This document shows, one piece after another, positions 51,675-64,000 of a DNA stretch of 64,000 bases. The notes under the pieces are model-generated. The model searched no databases. It saw only the letters and a program-made list of their open reading frames with translations, and was not told the origin of the DNA. The DNA comes from Ophelia neglecta (Eukaryota): positions 67,704,001 to 67,768,000 of the forward strand of contig OZ260662.1 in the NCBI GenBank assembly GCA_965285935.1. The letters run 5' to 3'. Numbering within the stretch: the stretch's first letter is position 1; each line of letters opens with the position of its first letter. The position numbers were made by a program, and so were the translations under genes.

Positions 51675-54600
51675 TTTTTGAACTTGTCAAAAATGGTGGA
51701 CAAAGCCAACCCCAGCGTGCGTCAAATTAAGTAAGTCGTGTGAGCTTATCAACATGTTTGAGGATCACCTCATGGAAGGTAGCAACCTGCTCATATAGTT
51801 CAATGATTCTTGAAATTCAAATGCCTTGTTAATGAACGAACAGTAAAGAAAAAACCACGTGTCGTAAATTGGATGAATAGAAAGTCGTAACTTCAACATA
51901 AGCTATATATTTAGATTATGGCGACTACATCCTGGACAGGAAAGAATTTAGGCACATAAAAGTGATAGGAAAACATCTCAGAATTGCAGAAATAATTTTT
52001 CACCTTTCACCATATCTGCCGTATAACTGACCGCAACGCGTGGAGCTCCACTCAATCAGGCGACATTCAGGGCATGGCCTGAGAAGATTCACTTACTACT
52101 TGTTATTTTAGAATCTGTAATGAAAATATTTCTCTAAAAGTCTCATAGTTCAACATTGTAATATTTCTATGTTTTCTGCTAATATAGTTTGTAAAAATGA
52201 ACCAAGAAGGTGTTTTTCTGTTTTAATAATTTGAAATAGTTACATCTTACGAGATCCGTTTTAATTGACCATGAATATAAGTATATTAATTAGCCGTAAA
52301 ACACACGTCGGCTCGGCTGTAGCCATGCCATAGTTGTACCTACACTTGCAGTGTTTAACTGTAATATAATCTTGCGTGCACTCGCAGGCTAGACTTGTGG
52401 ACAACTAGGAGGAAATGCGCTCCGACAAAGTAAATGGTCACTTCAACAATCTCCCTTATCGTAAAACAAAATCCTCTCACATATGTCTAGTAGTGTATAA
52501 CAGAGAGAATTATTATTCCGTCAGCATTTTCCTCTAAAGTAGTTTTAATCTGCTGCCCACCGTTCGTTGCCTATATGTTTGCTAACTACAATGGTTGTCT
52601 ATTGGTTATACCACATGTTTACCTCATTGGTAGCTACTTTATTTGTACATGTAGTTATATTATGACATGCACGGCACAATGACATTACTGTACCCATTGT
52701 CAATGTTGTATCCAACTTTCTTTTTTTTATCAGAAGAGGCTGCACGCAATATTTGCATATAAAAGAAGCCATAGAAATATGATATAGCAGATCAGGCCAT
52801 TGTTTGACAGTTTCTCCTAACGTGCTTTTAGCAACCTTGATCTAATCACGCCCGAAGTTTACCTTGATGAACTGGCGACAAGTCGTCTTGTTTTTTGTTG
52901 TCCACATAGAAAAGAGACTGTATTTATAAAAATGAACCCTCAGTCACGCCAGTAGCTTCACTGCCACCAGAAAATCTTACAGAAGCCGTAATATCCACTT
53001 CCCAAGCTAATACTGTCTATAATTGTTAAATTCTGCTGAAAATGGCGTCTTTCCAAATCCTGAATGCTAATCCCAAGATTGAATAGGCCGTATTCTCTGT
53101 CTCGCCCTCTAGACAAAAATTATACGCGTTCTTCTGATTACTTGTGGATATTCCACATAGATGTAATATGTTGACTTCATTAACAGGAGTATGCGGATAT
53201 GACCTCAGCAACCGAGGAGAACCAATGGATTCAGACTCGCCAGATACAGACATCCATGATAGATGACTTTTCCTAGTTATACGTAACAGTAACGAAAATC
53301 TGACATCTACTCAGTCTTATGGTAGGTGGAATTCTAAATTAATTCTGTTCTTTTTTGTGTGGCCCTATTTCGTTAAACTCGAGGTATATCCTTTCTAGAG
53401 AACATTTTAACACTTGTTTTTTTTGAAGAAACATAGATCTGAACACGTCTTAACCTGCAAATATCTTAGCCCTGGGTCAGAAAACGGTTATAAGGCTAAG
53501 AATCTATTGTCAACCTCAGAATAGAAGCAGGCAGTTAAATGCATACTTCCCCGGAATATTATGATATTTGATTGTTTGGCGGGCATCTACTGACGATTTT
53601 ATGTATAAATATCATTGTAAATTTCTCCTTTGAGTGTTGGCTTACCTTAGCAAACTACTTCGATTGCTCACTAACCGGCTAGGGCTTGCGTTATCAAACC
53701 TAAGAATTATATGAATGCCCAGAAACAGCGAAGCAGGCCATACAATTAAAGGTGGACTTTTTACCCGATTTCTTGTTACTCTATGACCACATAAAAGTTA
53801 TATTTTAGTGTGTGTTTGCTGAACTAAGCACGCTCATAATTGTGAGACCATAGCTGGATATGTCTCCATAAATACAAGACAACAGAATGATGTACAATGT
53901 CTTTGCATTTTGAAGAGGGAGACAGTAATGTTCTCATGCTAAAGGGTCCATTGAGATAGTTTACATAGAAAGGAAGGCCGCAGAAAGGCAAGCCTTGTAT
54001 TTCGACTTTTTTCTTTGTTTTATATGGTACCAAGTTTGCTAATGAATAGCATTTGTTCTGTGCGACTGATTGTCGTTAAGAGATAATGTGGATGTCAAAA
54101 GGAGCGTGTTGTTAACTAGGGGCGAAAGTTACAAAGGTGATTGATATATTTCGTTATGCATTTTCTTGTTAAAGACATCAATCACCAATTACTGTCAAAT
54201 CAAAGCAGTTTTGCCATCTATCTTAAGTGTCCTGACTGTATGCACCTTAAATTACAGACCGAAAATGTGTAGTTTAAAGCGTAGGTAAAAGTACAATGCA
54301 CAATTAAACGTGAAGCAATGGCTTTCTTTAATCAGGGCCATAAAGGGTTATTGATATTCTTCTTAATGTATCCTATAGGCCTGTCCCTACGACAGTTTTT
54401 AATATGAGGTTTTCAAAAATCGGGAGAGGATACCCGCCAACAAAGCGAAATAGTCGATCAAGTATAAGCTACCAAAAGTGTCCAAGTCAGCTCGAACCCT
54501 CAAATTCAGGGTCACAAGAATCAATCCTCATTTTCATAGCTGTAAATAAGCCTCTAAAAAATAGAGGAGAATAAATAATTTCCATCTGATATCTTCTACA

Positions 54601-57036
54601 ATGAGAAATACTCCACTGATGTGATCAAAACCAGATAGAACCGAACGAGACAGTATATTGTCAACGAATGATGAAGATGGAATATGCCCTACGGGGGACT
54701 ATGATGAACTTATTAATCTATCTCGTGCATAAAGTACAACGTATGGATTTATCCCGATAAAAGCGCAACGAAATATCATGCATATGCGTTCCCCAATGCG
54801 TAAAAAGCATGTCACCATATAAAAGCCAGCTGAATTTGAAATTGGTTTATTCATTTAGAGCAAAAATATTTCCTTCAAAAGAACAGTTTAATTATACTGG
54901 TTATTACAGCGAAATAACGTTCCCGAGTTTTGTCGAAAGTTTTTCGCCATTCATCATTATTTGGAATATATTTTATTGATTTCCTTATGATCGCGGATTC
55001 TGTTTAGTCTGTTTGATTGAAGGAGATAACGTTACAATCCGTCTCCCTCGTGATTATAGCGTCGCTCTCATGCATCATACGGTCAGATATAGTAAACAAT
55101 TTGCGCCTCTTTGGATTTTCGTAATGGGTTCAATCTTGTAAATCTCATTTGTTTACGGTATAAACTCTTCCAAAGTTACATTGCTTGGCAATACTAAGGA
55201 TGAGTGAACGTATATTATTGTGATAAACAATGGGGGCTCTCTTTTGATGTCTGATACATATGAAAGTAACATTGTGAGCAAACAGGTGGGTTGTTTCTTC
55301 TATTTTCCTTTGCTTACGCTGTTTATACAAGATGTGGATGCTGATCATACGATCGATGACTTATGATATAACAATTACTTTTTAAGCCTTTTTACATTAT
55401 CAAATTAACTGTTTAAACAGGTCGATGCATTTCTCCAAAAGACACTTGTTAAACACAGGGAAGACTAGCAAAGTGATTGTTGTCGGAATACTATGAATGA
55501 CTCTATTTTAGACTGTTTGTGATTAGGGTCTGGTTGCTATTGTTTTATTACCTACCCAGCAAAAAGTTGCAATGGCCGTGAGAGATCTATGCCGTTCTCT
55601 CTACGGCTCCAAAGGCTTCGTACATCTGTCTGATACAACATCATATCTTCCAGACGCACTTGTTCAGTCTAAATTAAAGCTTGGTTGATTCATTTTACAG
55701 AGTAATCTTTTTATTACACTGTGGAGGATATATAAGTCTGTTTTCTGTTTAGACTGCAAGTACCATTTACCTGTAAACGTTACGCGTTTGTTGAGATAAA
55801 TGCATATCATTTTCGAAAGAGCTTGGTCTATCGTACACTCTCATAGGGCACAATTTATCTTCGTCCTACGTCCACCACAGGCAAAATTGTTTTCTGGCAT
55901 GACTCTTATCATAAAATGTAAGGCACAACTTCTCATTGCAATTGTATTGAGTTTTATAATGCATTTATTCATATTTGCAGTTATGAAATTGTGGAATCAA
56001 TATATTTTGTTCGCCTACAGCCGATGATTCTTGATGAATTCGGATCGAATAATTGTAATCGATTCCTGGTTTTATCCGTTGCTGATTTTTTTTAATAAAA
56101 GGCGGGGCACAAGAAAGAATGTTTCGTTCATGTGTAAAATATTCCAGAGAAAATTGTTATAAATTTCTCTTCATAAATGTATATTTGACCGTAAGTGAAA
56201 AACAGAGCTACCGAAGTTCCAGCAACACATGCAAAAAAATAGGCTATTTAAATTACACAGCGTCCTGTTTTCGTATTTCTAATAATGTATGTGCAGTTTG
56301 CGATTTGCACAAAGCTGAGCAGATATTCCACTGAAAAAATAGTACTTATCATTTCATAATTATATTCCTTTCGCATATCTTCTGCGGTTAGTTAGTTTTA
56401 CTTCGCCTGTTGAAAGTCTTTTTCAGAATAAATGAAAGGGAGCATTTTCCGGCCACACTTAAGTAGACCCTTACTTAACTCTGGTATTTCCGGGTTTGCA
56501 GGTGCTTATACAAATGCACGCCACGATTATGTGAGTAATGCGCGCCCTCTTATCTAGAAAGGGTGTTAGCAAAGTTACTATCCAGGTGAAAGGCGTTTCC
56601 TGCTTAAGCGAACGCATATCACAGGTGCTAAATGGTGCAATATATCATGAAAGACATGTATTTATCATGATTTTTTTTTGCAATAAGTTCACCAGTAAAC
56701 GTTGATTTAACTTTGACTTTTTGAATTAAATGTCATATTATATCAGACCATCCGTTGCATTGTCTTCAAAACTGTTGTACAGTACTTGTATTTTTGTATA
56801 CAATCAATCTTATTGCAAGGCCTACCTTCAACTTGATATCAGCTACCTTTACCTTCCATGTCAAATAAACCAGTTCCTAGTAAAATCCACTAGTTGGGAT
56901 AGTGGGAATAGATAACCTGCAAACAAAACAATGGCGTTGTCCGCGACTAACTCCAGCCATTAAATCTCCCCGAGACTAAATCAATTAAGTCTCCCCTATG
57001 TGTTTAGGAAGATTTGTGAAGTATATGAACTCCTTA

Positions 57037-57478
57037 TGCCCCGATCATAGGGTCACGACTTGGCTGTGCCGTTGTGCCTCGTTGCTGACACCCATATTTC
57101 TGAATTTTCGTTGCTGTTGCAAATTTATTTAGCTGGAAAAAAGGGTTCAACGTTGCAGGCTTTAGTCTCGCTGTTGTCCCCAATGAGTTCCATGTTACAG
57201 GTTTCACAAATGACCAAAACGTTTTGTAACTTACCGATGGTAGCAGAAACGTAGCATAAAGTAACATACCTTAGCCCAACGTAGCAGACTGTGATAACGT
57301 ATATCTGAGCAGGGCTCAACGTGTCAAGGGGACGTGTGTACCAAAACTTAGCAAAGCGCAACACAGTATGTCATAACGTATCAAAAAACATAACGGCACG
57401 TAAAAGACGGCGTTTCCCGTCCTGTCACGTTTTTGCTACAATGGATACGAAAGAAAAGAATCCTGGGTCTATAAGGCA
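57037..57478. mobile_element. Possible decayed palindromic MITE
   Basis: TTA|TGCC..tcatag at the left and ctataaGGCA|TAA at the right, with internal inverted motifs (gtgccgtt/aacggcac; cgttgct/cgtagca). The TIR is imperfect. Confidence 0.3.
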
Positions 57479-59785
57479 TAAACCACCTAAAGGCACGAAG
57501 GAGGCCTTGTAATTTAATAGAACAATGTCATATGTATTTTATTATGTACAAAATAAATAGATTTCGTTACATAACCTTTCCCTTCGGGACTACTAAACTG
57601 GTTTTACTTTTGATTTTCCAAATCTAGCGCCTACAATGAAGCCCTTACAAACTTGATATTAGAACTGTCAAGGTACGCTCTGATTTGAACACGTAAACCG
57701 AACGTAAACCAAAATTGTATCGAGCATTGGGCATAAATTTATAAATTCGAGCATTTTTTTCACCGTAAAAGACTAAGTAACCCTGGTTATCAACTTTCGG
57801 GCCTTGGATCTAAAAGAAATTAACTAGAGGCATTGGAAATTTGGGGTTGCTGGAGTGTCTCGTCAAAGAAATGTAACGTGATTTGTAGTCAAACTCGAAA
57901 ACATTGAATAGCCGGGTTTTTACATGTGTAATATTAATTATGTTTTATTCTTGGAATCTTTATTCTTTTCATGCAATTGATTTGAATCTTTTTAACTATT
58001 GGTACGATTTGATGAGGATTCAATAGTGGACCACTTAACAGGGCACTGTACTTGTAAAAAGGCACTGGGTACTACTTGGAAGAGTTTTGGCTATAGCCTG
58101 ATAAAGAAAAAAGGTATAGAGGCTAAACGTACTGCATTACAATAAGGCCAATCCTGTGTTTGGGTTTATCTATTGTTATATGAACCGTTTTTCCCTTTTA
58201 TTAGGTTTATATTTGTTTGTATAAACTTAAAGGCACCTTAAGTGTGAACAAGCACACTGAGATCCATAAGCACCAAGGACAAGCCCTGGAATCATTATCG
58301 CTATTATCTCAAACTGAAACCTAAATCAGATTCAAAGCAATGAAATACATTACTTAGTGAAATATAATCAACAAACTGATCCAGTATAATTAAACGAAAT
58401 TATGCAGCGAGCAAAGCCCTGCCCGTCACGGGAAGACTGCATTCCTTTATTCTATCCTGTGGGGTTTATCTTTCATTAGTGTTTTAGTGCTGTTCAGATA
58501 ATCAGCGAGGAAAACAGGAGAAAATTTGTTATTTGAGCGCTTGTCATATTGATTGATGAGATCCGAGAGATGGAGCATGTCTTAACAACTCCGACTCCAA
58601 GCCAGAGAGAGTCTCGGGTAGCCTTGGTTACAGGTAACCACAGGGGACGGTTCCCACCCCCACTTCGCGGATCACCGTTCTTATTAGCCCATGGGTCATG
58701 TTGATTATCTGACCCACATTTGACCAATCTGATAATTGCTCTCCGTGGTGACTCCGGAGCTTGAATTTCAAAGAAGGGAGATAACTTGGAGCTCTCGGTG
58801 GCTTTCCCTTGTCATTCTTTTGATTAAAATGATGACATCCAAGGTTAAAGAACAAATCAATTGGCCAAATAAGGAAGGCGCCACATTCAAATTAGATCGA
58901 GAAAGTGTCGGCCAATCAATTTTGTTTAAGATGTATGTGACTACGTTCTACACTTTTATTGGATAAGCAATATAAGACGCCGTTTAAGACGCAGTTACTC
59001 AAATATACTTTCGAATAATTGTAAAGAAAGAGATGAAAGCAATCGATCAAACAGCCAACTGATTCGTCTTAATTCGTTGCTGTTTACTCTCCCTTTCTTA
59101 GCGGGCAATGGGACCACATTGGGCGAGTCGGCAGGCTTTGCTCAGTATATCTATACAACATTAGTTGGTCTACTGCTATATTTGAATCGTTTAGCATGGC
59201 ATTTGGCTCATTCAAGATATTACTGGCTTAGATATCGTATTTCTCGTGTACAGACAATTTGCCACCTTCCGCCATCACTCACCACCTGTTTGTGTTTAAC
59301 GCATAGTTCAGAAGCAAATACTCTTTCAGAGTGAAACTGATATGGCCGCATGGATTTCAACGTTGCAAAAATTGACCTTATGCCTTGAACCCGCCTCCAG
59401 AAGTCACACGACCCGTGACTGTACGAACATCTTTTTCCGCTTTGTAAATGTCGTCTGCCCAGGAGGTGTGTTTGTCTGCTGTTTGCAAGCATGGTGGCTA
59501 GTGTTTCTGGTATTTTCTAAGCCCTCACGTATGACTGGCACTAGTTGTATTTAGCGCCGGGGCGGCGAGTTGCATCGCTTCCTTGTGGTTTCAACGCCTC
59601 GTAATAATACTCATATACAGATTGCTTGTCGAGTAGGAGACAGGGCATTTGATAGCCTCAGCCGCGTGGCAGGAAACTGGTGGGAATTGTCGGAATTGTC
59701 CAAGAAACCAAGTCACAAGCACCTGTTTGTTCAATCAAGTGAACTATTGCGCTGTTTCGGGGATTGCGAAGCATTTTCTAGGTAC

Positions 59786-59812
59786 ATGAAAAAGGGCCAT
59801 TTGGAGACATTG
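59786..59812 (+). CDS. Candidate 5' exon end (MKKGHLETL) of a + strand gene running off the right edge
   Basis: Strong donor TTG|gtaagt at 59813 after a GC/CpG-enriched stretch (about 59100-59800). No downstream exon was identified. Confidence 0.2.
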
Positions 59813-60178
59813 GTAAGTACAACATTCTGTAGGGTTCTCGTAGTTAGGTGATTTTGGCTCTAGATTGTGGTCTGACTGGCAGGTCTGAATTGAGATTGGC
59901 ATAATTGAATCGTTTGTCGACTTTTAGTGTCCAACTGTTTTATTGATTTTCCACCAATGTCCGTAGAGCTGGACTCATAAGACAGGAAAGGCGCCCCGAA
60001 TCTGGCAATAACATATCATGTAATCATGTTTTCTCTGATACTGAGGCGGTTTACAAGAAGCCTGTAGCTCCGCCTCGACAATGTCACTACAACTAAGATG
60101 ATATTTTCTCCATCTATATTATGGTCTATGCATTGAAGTATCTTGTTACCTCATTTACGTGTTTCGATCCCATTATAT

Positions 60179-60565
60179 GAAATAATCATGTCGTTTTTCG
60201 TCTGGTCATGACATCTTATGACATATTCATATCCCTTATTTAAGTTTTGCCCATGACATTGTTTGACAAATTCAAGCCATTAACGTTTTGTTTCCATGTG
60301 AAATGATGTCTTCCAATCATTATTCGTCCGGTCCATGCCGACATAATCGAATCCCCCCATTTATGTTTTATTCCTGGGTGACATAATTACACTCCCTCGT
60401 TCATATAGGCCTAGGCCTATGTTTAATCCATATATGCGTGACATTATTATATCCTGTCCCCTTGTTTACTTTTGGTTATTGAACAACTTAATCGCAGTTC
60501 CGCGTTTACGTTTAGCCCATTTATGAAATCACATTTTCCCCGCATTCACATTCGTGCCATGAAGT
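60179..60565. repeat. Highly decayed minisatellite, about 40-bp period
   Basis: tGAcAT-like anchors at 60179, 60220, 60300, 60340, 60380, 60440, 60481 and 60525, most followed by a C-rich run and then tttaygttt-like sequence. Confidence 0.55.
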
Positions 60566-63500
60566 CCTTCTAAAGCTATGGTTACCTCGTATATGGTTTC
60601 TACTAACATTCATTATTGTCACGCGGTTACTTGTTTTTGCCACTCCAACATTAAGTCAGGTGGTTGCGCAAGTCTGGTCTGTAATTTGCGATTTAAGCCC
60701 TGATATGGGAAAGGGTAAAAAGAATATTGTAGAAACCGACATTAATTCTCCATTGTTTCATCTTGCAACAGATGCTGGTGTCGTCTCCTTTATCTACTAA
60801 CCGGTCAGGTGCAGTTTTCTAACAGATGTTAGTGAGCCATTGCCCAGTAATTCATTTAATTTCGTTTTTAATGATCTGGAAAGACAAAGGATTCAGCGGG
60901 GAATAATAAGACGAGATGGGGAGCTGTGTGTTGCTTCGAATAGTTATCTAAGATTGTAGCGTTAAATAGCGCCAAACTGACTGGGCAGACGACACTGGTC
61001 TTTCGCCGTGTAAGTGACTCATCTGATTGACGATGACAAGCTGGACATAAACGTTAATATGCATGGTGAATGATCATTCATAATTGTACAAGAGAAAGAT
61101 CGTTAAATGTAGAACCATCCCAACAACTTAAATCATTCAAGGTTCCGTAGCTTATACTAGTAATAAATGTGTTTGACATTCATGTCAAGTCCTGTCCATG
61201 GTGAAAACAGAGGGAATTTATCGTGCCAATCTCCGACCGTAAAGAGCTTTCTTCCTCATTCATCACCGGCGACAAATGTGTTTGAATCTGGAGATTGTTT
61301 TCAGTGGGAGCTGCTCGTCTTTCTGTCAGGGTGATAGGCCAATCTCCCCTCAGTAGGACATGTCACGCGTTTGATACAGGCATTCTGCTGCTGCTATACA
61401 ACCATCTTGGTTTTAATGATACTGAACCTTGTTCAGGATGGCCTCAAAACAAACTAATGAGCATGTTAGCGGTTCTTATCTCCGATACAGGAATCAATGG
61501 GTCGTGCGTGTAGACAATGTACAAGTTTACCTTTATTGCCGCTCACGTGTAACTCACAAATTACATTCATGGCTACTTGTTTGATTGATGAGAGTGTTGA
61601 CTCGGTCATATGTACGGTGAAGGAAATCACGCTACTCGGGAAAACGTAGGAGTATGTCTCCGGTGTATTACTCACGAAAGAGACGTTTACAAAACTGTAT
61701 TTGATTTAGGTTACTAGCGTTGTAACTAAGTGCATTAGCATAGTGCAAATACCCCAAACATAATGCTTGATAGTGAATCGAGATATATCTCGTTTGGTTC
61801 ATAGTTTGTAAACAACGTGTGAAACATTTACATAGTTCTACTGCCAGATTTACTGATGCATCAAACAAAGCAGCCATTTATCTGCATTAGACAAGATAAC
61901 TTTGTTTATTCTGTACAGAATCCTAGAACCATTGTAAGATTTCGATAGTACTCGCATTCTTGCTCAGACAGTGAATGAGCAATTGAATTTAGGTGTTCGG
62001 TTGGCAGCTGGGCTAAAAACACTTGCTTTATATGTTGAGCGGGCATGAGCTTCGAGGCTATGTAATCGTTAGAAACCTGGACTTTACTTGGTGTAATGTA
62101 CTTCCCGCAGCGCACATATTGACATACTTAACCTCAAATTCAAGCCTGTCTCTATAGATTAGCACTCCAATTATCAATTTTCGCACGTGGCGCCAGGAAT
62201 GACAGATTGATACGTTTTCCCGCGAGTTCCAGATTCTTGGCGCCTGATTTATACTTTTTAAAGTCTTTTTGTGTCTTATTCCATGGTAATGAGATTGAAT
62301 AATCCAAGCCTGACTAAATAGAAAATGGCCAAAATGATTTCAGGTGTCGGTGTTATGGTTAAAATTATTTAGAAATCGCTTTTTTAAAGATAAAAAATGT
62401 TGCTGTTTTAGCGCCAGATGTGGGGAACTGGCGAGGAAGACGGAAGCCGAAGTTCCTTCCGCCCGTGCAGCGCAGTGATTCAGGTGGCGAGCCTAGCCTG
62501 CTACCATGGCTTGTCATTTACATGTTAACGTAATGTAAGAGACACCTAAGTCTCAGATGTACCCACCTTAAGGTCCCTTGACGTTATCATAACACATAGG
62601 CCAGTAACATACCATAAATCATTAAAACGGACCACCTTGTAGTGAGGTGAGAAAGATCGAGGAGGAAGTTAAGGGAACCTTATTATTTATCATCTTGGGG
62701 GGGGGGGGGGGGGGTGGTCGCTTAACTTAGATAAAGTTTGTCTATATAAGTTCTCAAATATTGTACATTTGTCCCATTTTCTTGTCATTCATATCGTTTT
62801 ACCGCAGTTTAAGGTATTATTTCCAAGAATATGAACAAATTTGTATTGTTATGAGCAAAATGAGTAACGCAATTTTCGAAGAAGCCAGGTCGAAGGTGAG
62901 GGAGGGTGGCATATTTTTATTCCGACTCATCGGTAGTCATTTTTGGGTTCCCTTTAGGTTAGGCCGGTTTAAATTATCTTGCTTGTCGCTCTACGATTGC
63001 CGCCTCCCCCTGGTGTAAAAATAATGAACGCTGCTACAGCCTAGCTACGAGGAGGAGTACGATGGACTGTATATACATCTAAAATGTCGGCATAGGTGGA
63101 ATAGTTCAGCTGTGGCTCAATTTCGACGGCAATTGCCCGTTAAAATCACAGCATAGAGCAGAGAATGTGTTGTAATAGTTGGTACAGGGCTTACAAATTA
63201 GCCCGCCCTTGAGGTTCTATACCACCGGTAAACAGATTTAGTCTTTCTGACAGTTCCAATCACTGCCCCTTTTCGCCTCATAGCAATTAAAATTCTCAAG
63301 AGCACATGCTAGCGTCGTCTTTATGAAAAAAATCTAAGACAAAAAGGACAGGAAATTGTTTTACATCACTGTAATTGGCAGGTGTTGAACACACCACGGA
63401 AAGTAGACCGGTGTCGTCTGCCATTTTCGAATCTCTTATAGCGCGTGATCACTATTTCGTGTGTTCTCTACACCTGGCCTTTGATTTTCCAATGGGCTAA

Positions 63501-64000
63501 CACTGGCAGTGTTTTCTATCAATGAACTTAAGTTGTCTTGGGTTAGAGGTTAGCTCACAATCCTAGTAATTGATCTGATTTATAACTACTCCACCCAGTA
63601 CATTAAAAGCACTATTTTTCATCGCCAGTAACCTCTCTCACCCCACAGAACATTGTAGCCCTCTGTCTAGAATCGCACGACACACTCAAAATAAATAAAT
63701 GTGCTATTTCTGCAGCTGCCAACATAAAGATGGCCGATGTTCATCATTTCAAGCCGCACCTTATCATTTTAGGTATAGACATTCCGCTGAACAAATTGAA
63801 TCATGGATTCAGTGCCTGATGATAAATGTGTAATATCTTCAGCTTCACTCTAAATCTTACACAAATATGCGCTTTATTGGATGAAGAGCGAGCAGGTTGT
63901 CCCGACATAGATTAAAACAATAAGAATATTGACTTCAAGAATAATTCATATGTTTATAAGCACAGGGCTTATCTTATGACATAAAATAGTATGAATATAC

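Noticed and set aside
59312-59400. PH-domain C-terminal-helix-like peptide KQILFQSETDMAAWISTLQKL with an acceptor at 59329
   Set aside because: There is a stop just upstream, no other PH exons were found, and the donor is weak. Probably chance; tBLASTn or RNA-seq would settle it.

Overview
This is AT-rich, gene-sparse animal genomic DNA, probably from an invertebrate (a lophotrochozoan origin is my inference). It is not prokaryotic, and almost all ORF-track entries are noise. One spliced + strand gene is well supported: six GT-AG exons at 40305-45284 with consistent phases encode about 413 aa with three Ig domains, a Ser/Thr/Gly stalk and a hydrophobic C-terminus resembling a GPI signal, i.e. 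a cell-surface IgSF adhesion protein. Its best signal-peptide exon (ending at 29352, about 11 kb upstream) is interrupted by an in-frame TAG, and an intact alternative signal-peptide exon sits at 30165-30219. A 12 x 44-bp tandem array copies the exon/intron junction at 42742/42743, producing a ladder of splice-donor copies. The rest is intergenic or intronic. It contains TA-flanked Tc1/pogo-type MITEs, a 1.37-kb CCC...GGG TIR element carrying an antisense spliced mini-transcript, LINE and SINE remnants, minisatellites, and an apparent excess of TACATGTA/TAGGCCTA palindromes that resemble transposon footprints. Tentative first exons of neighbouring genes lie at about 2.2 kb (-) and 59.8 kb (+).
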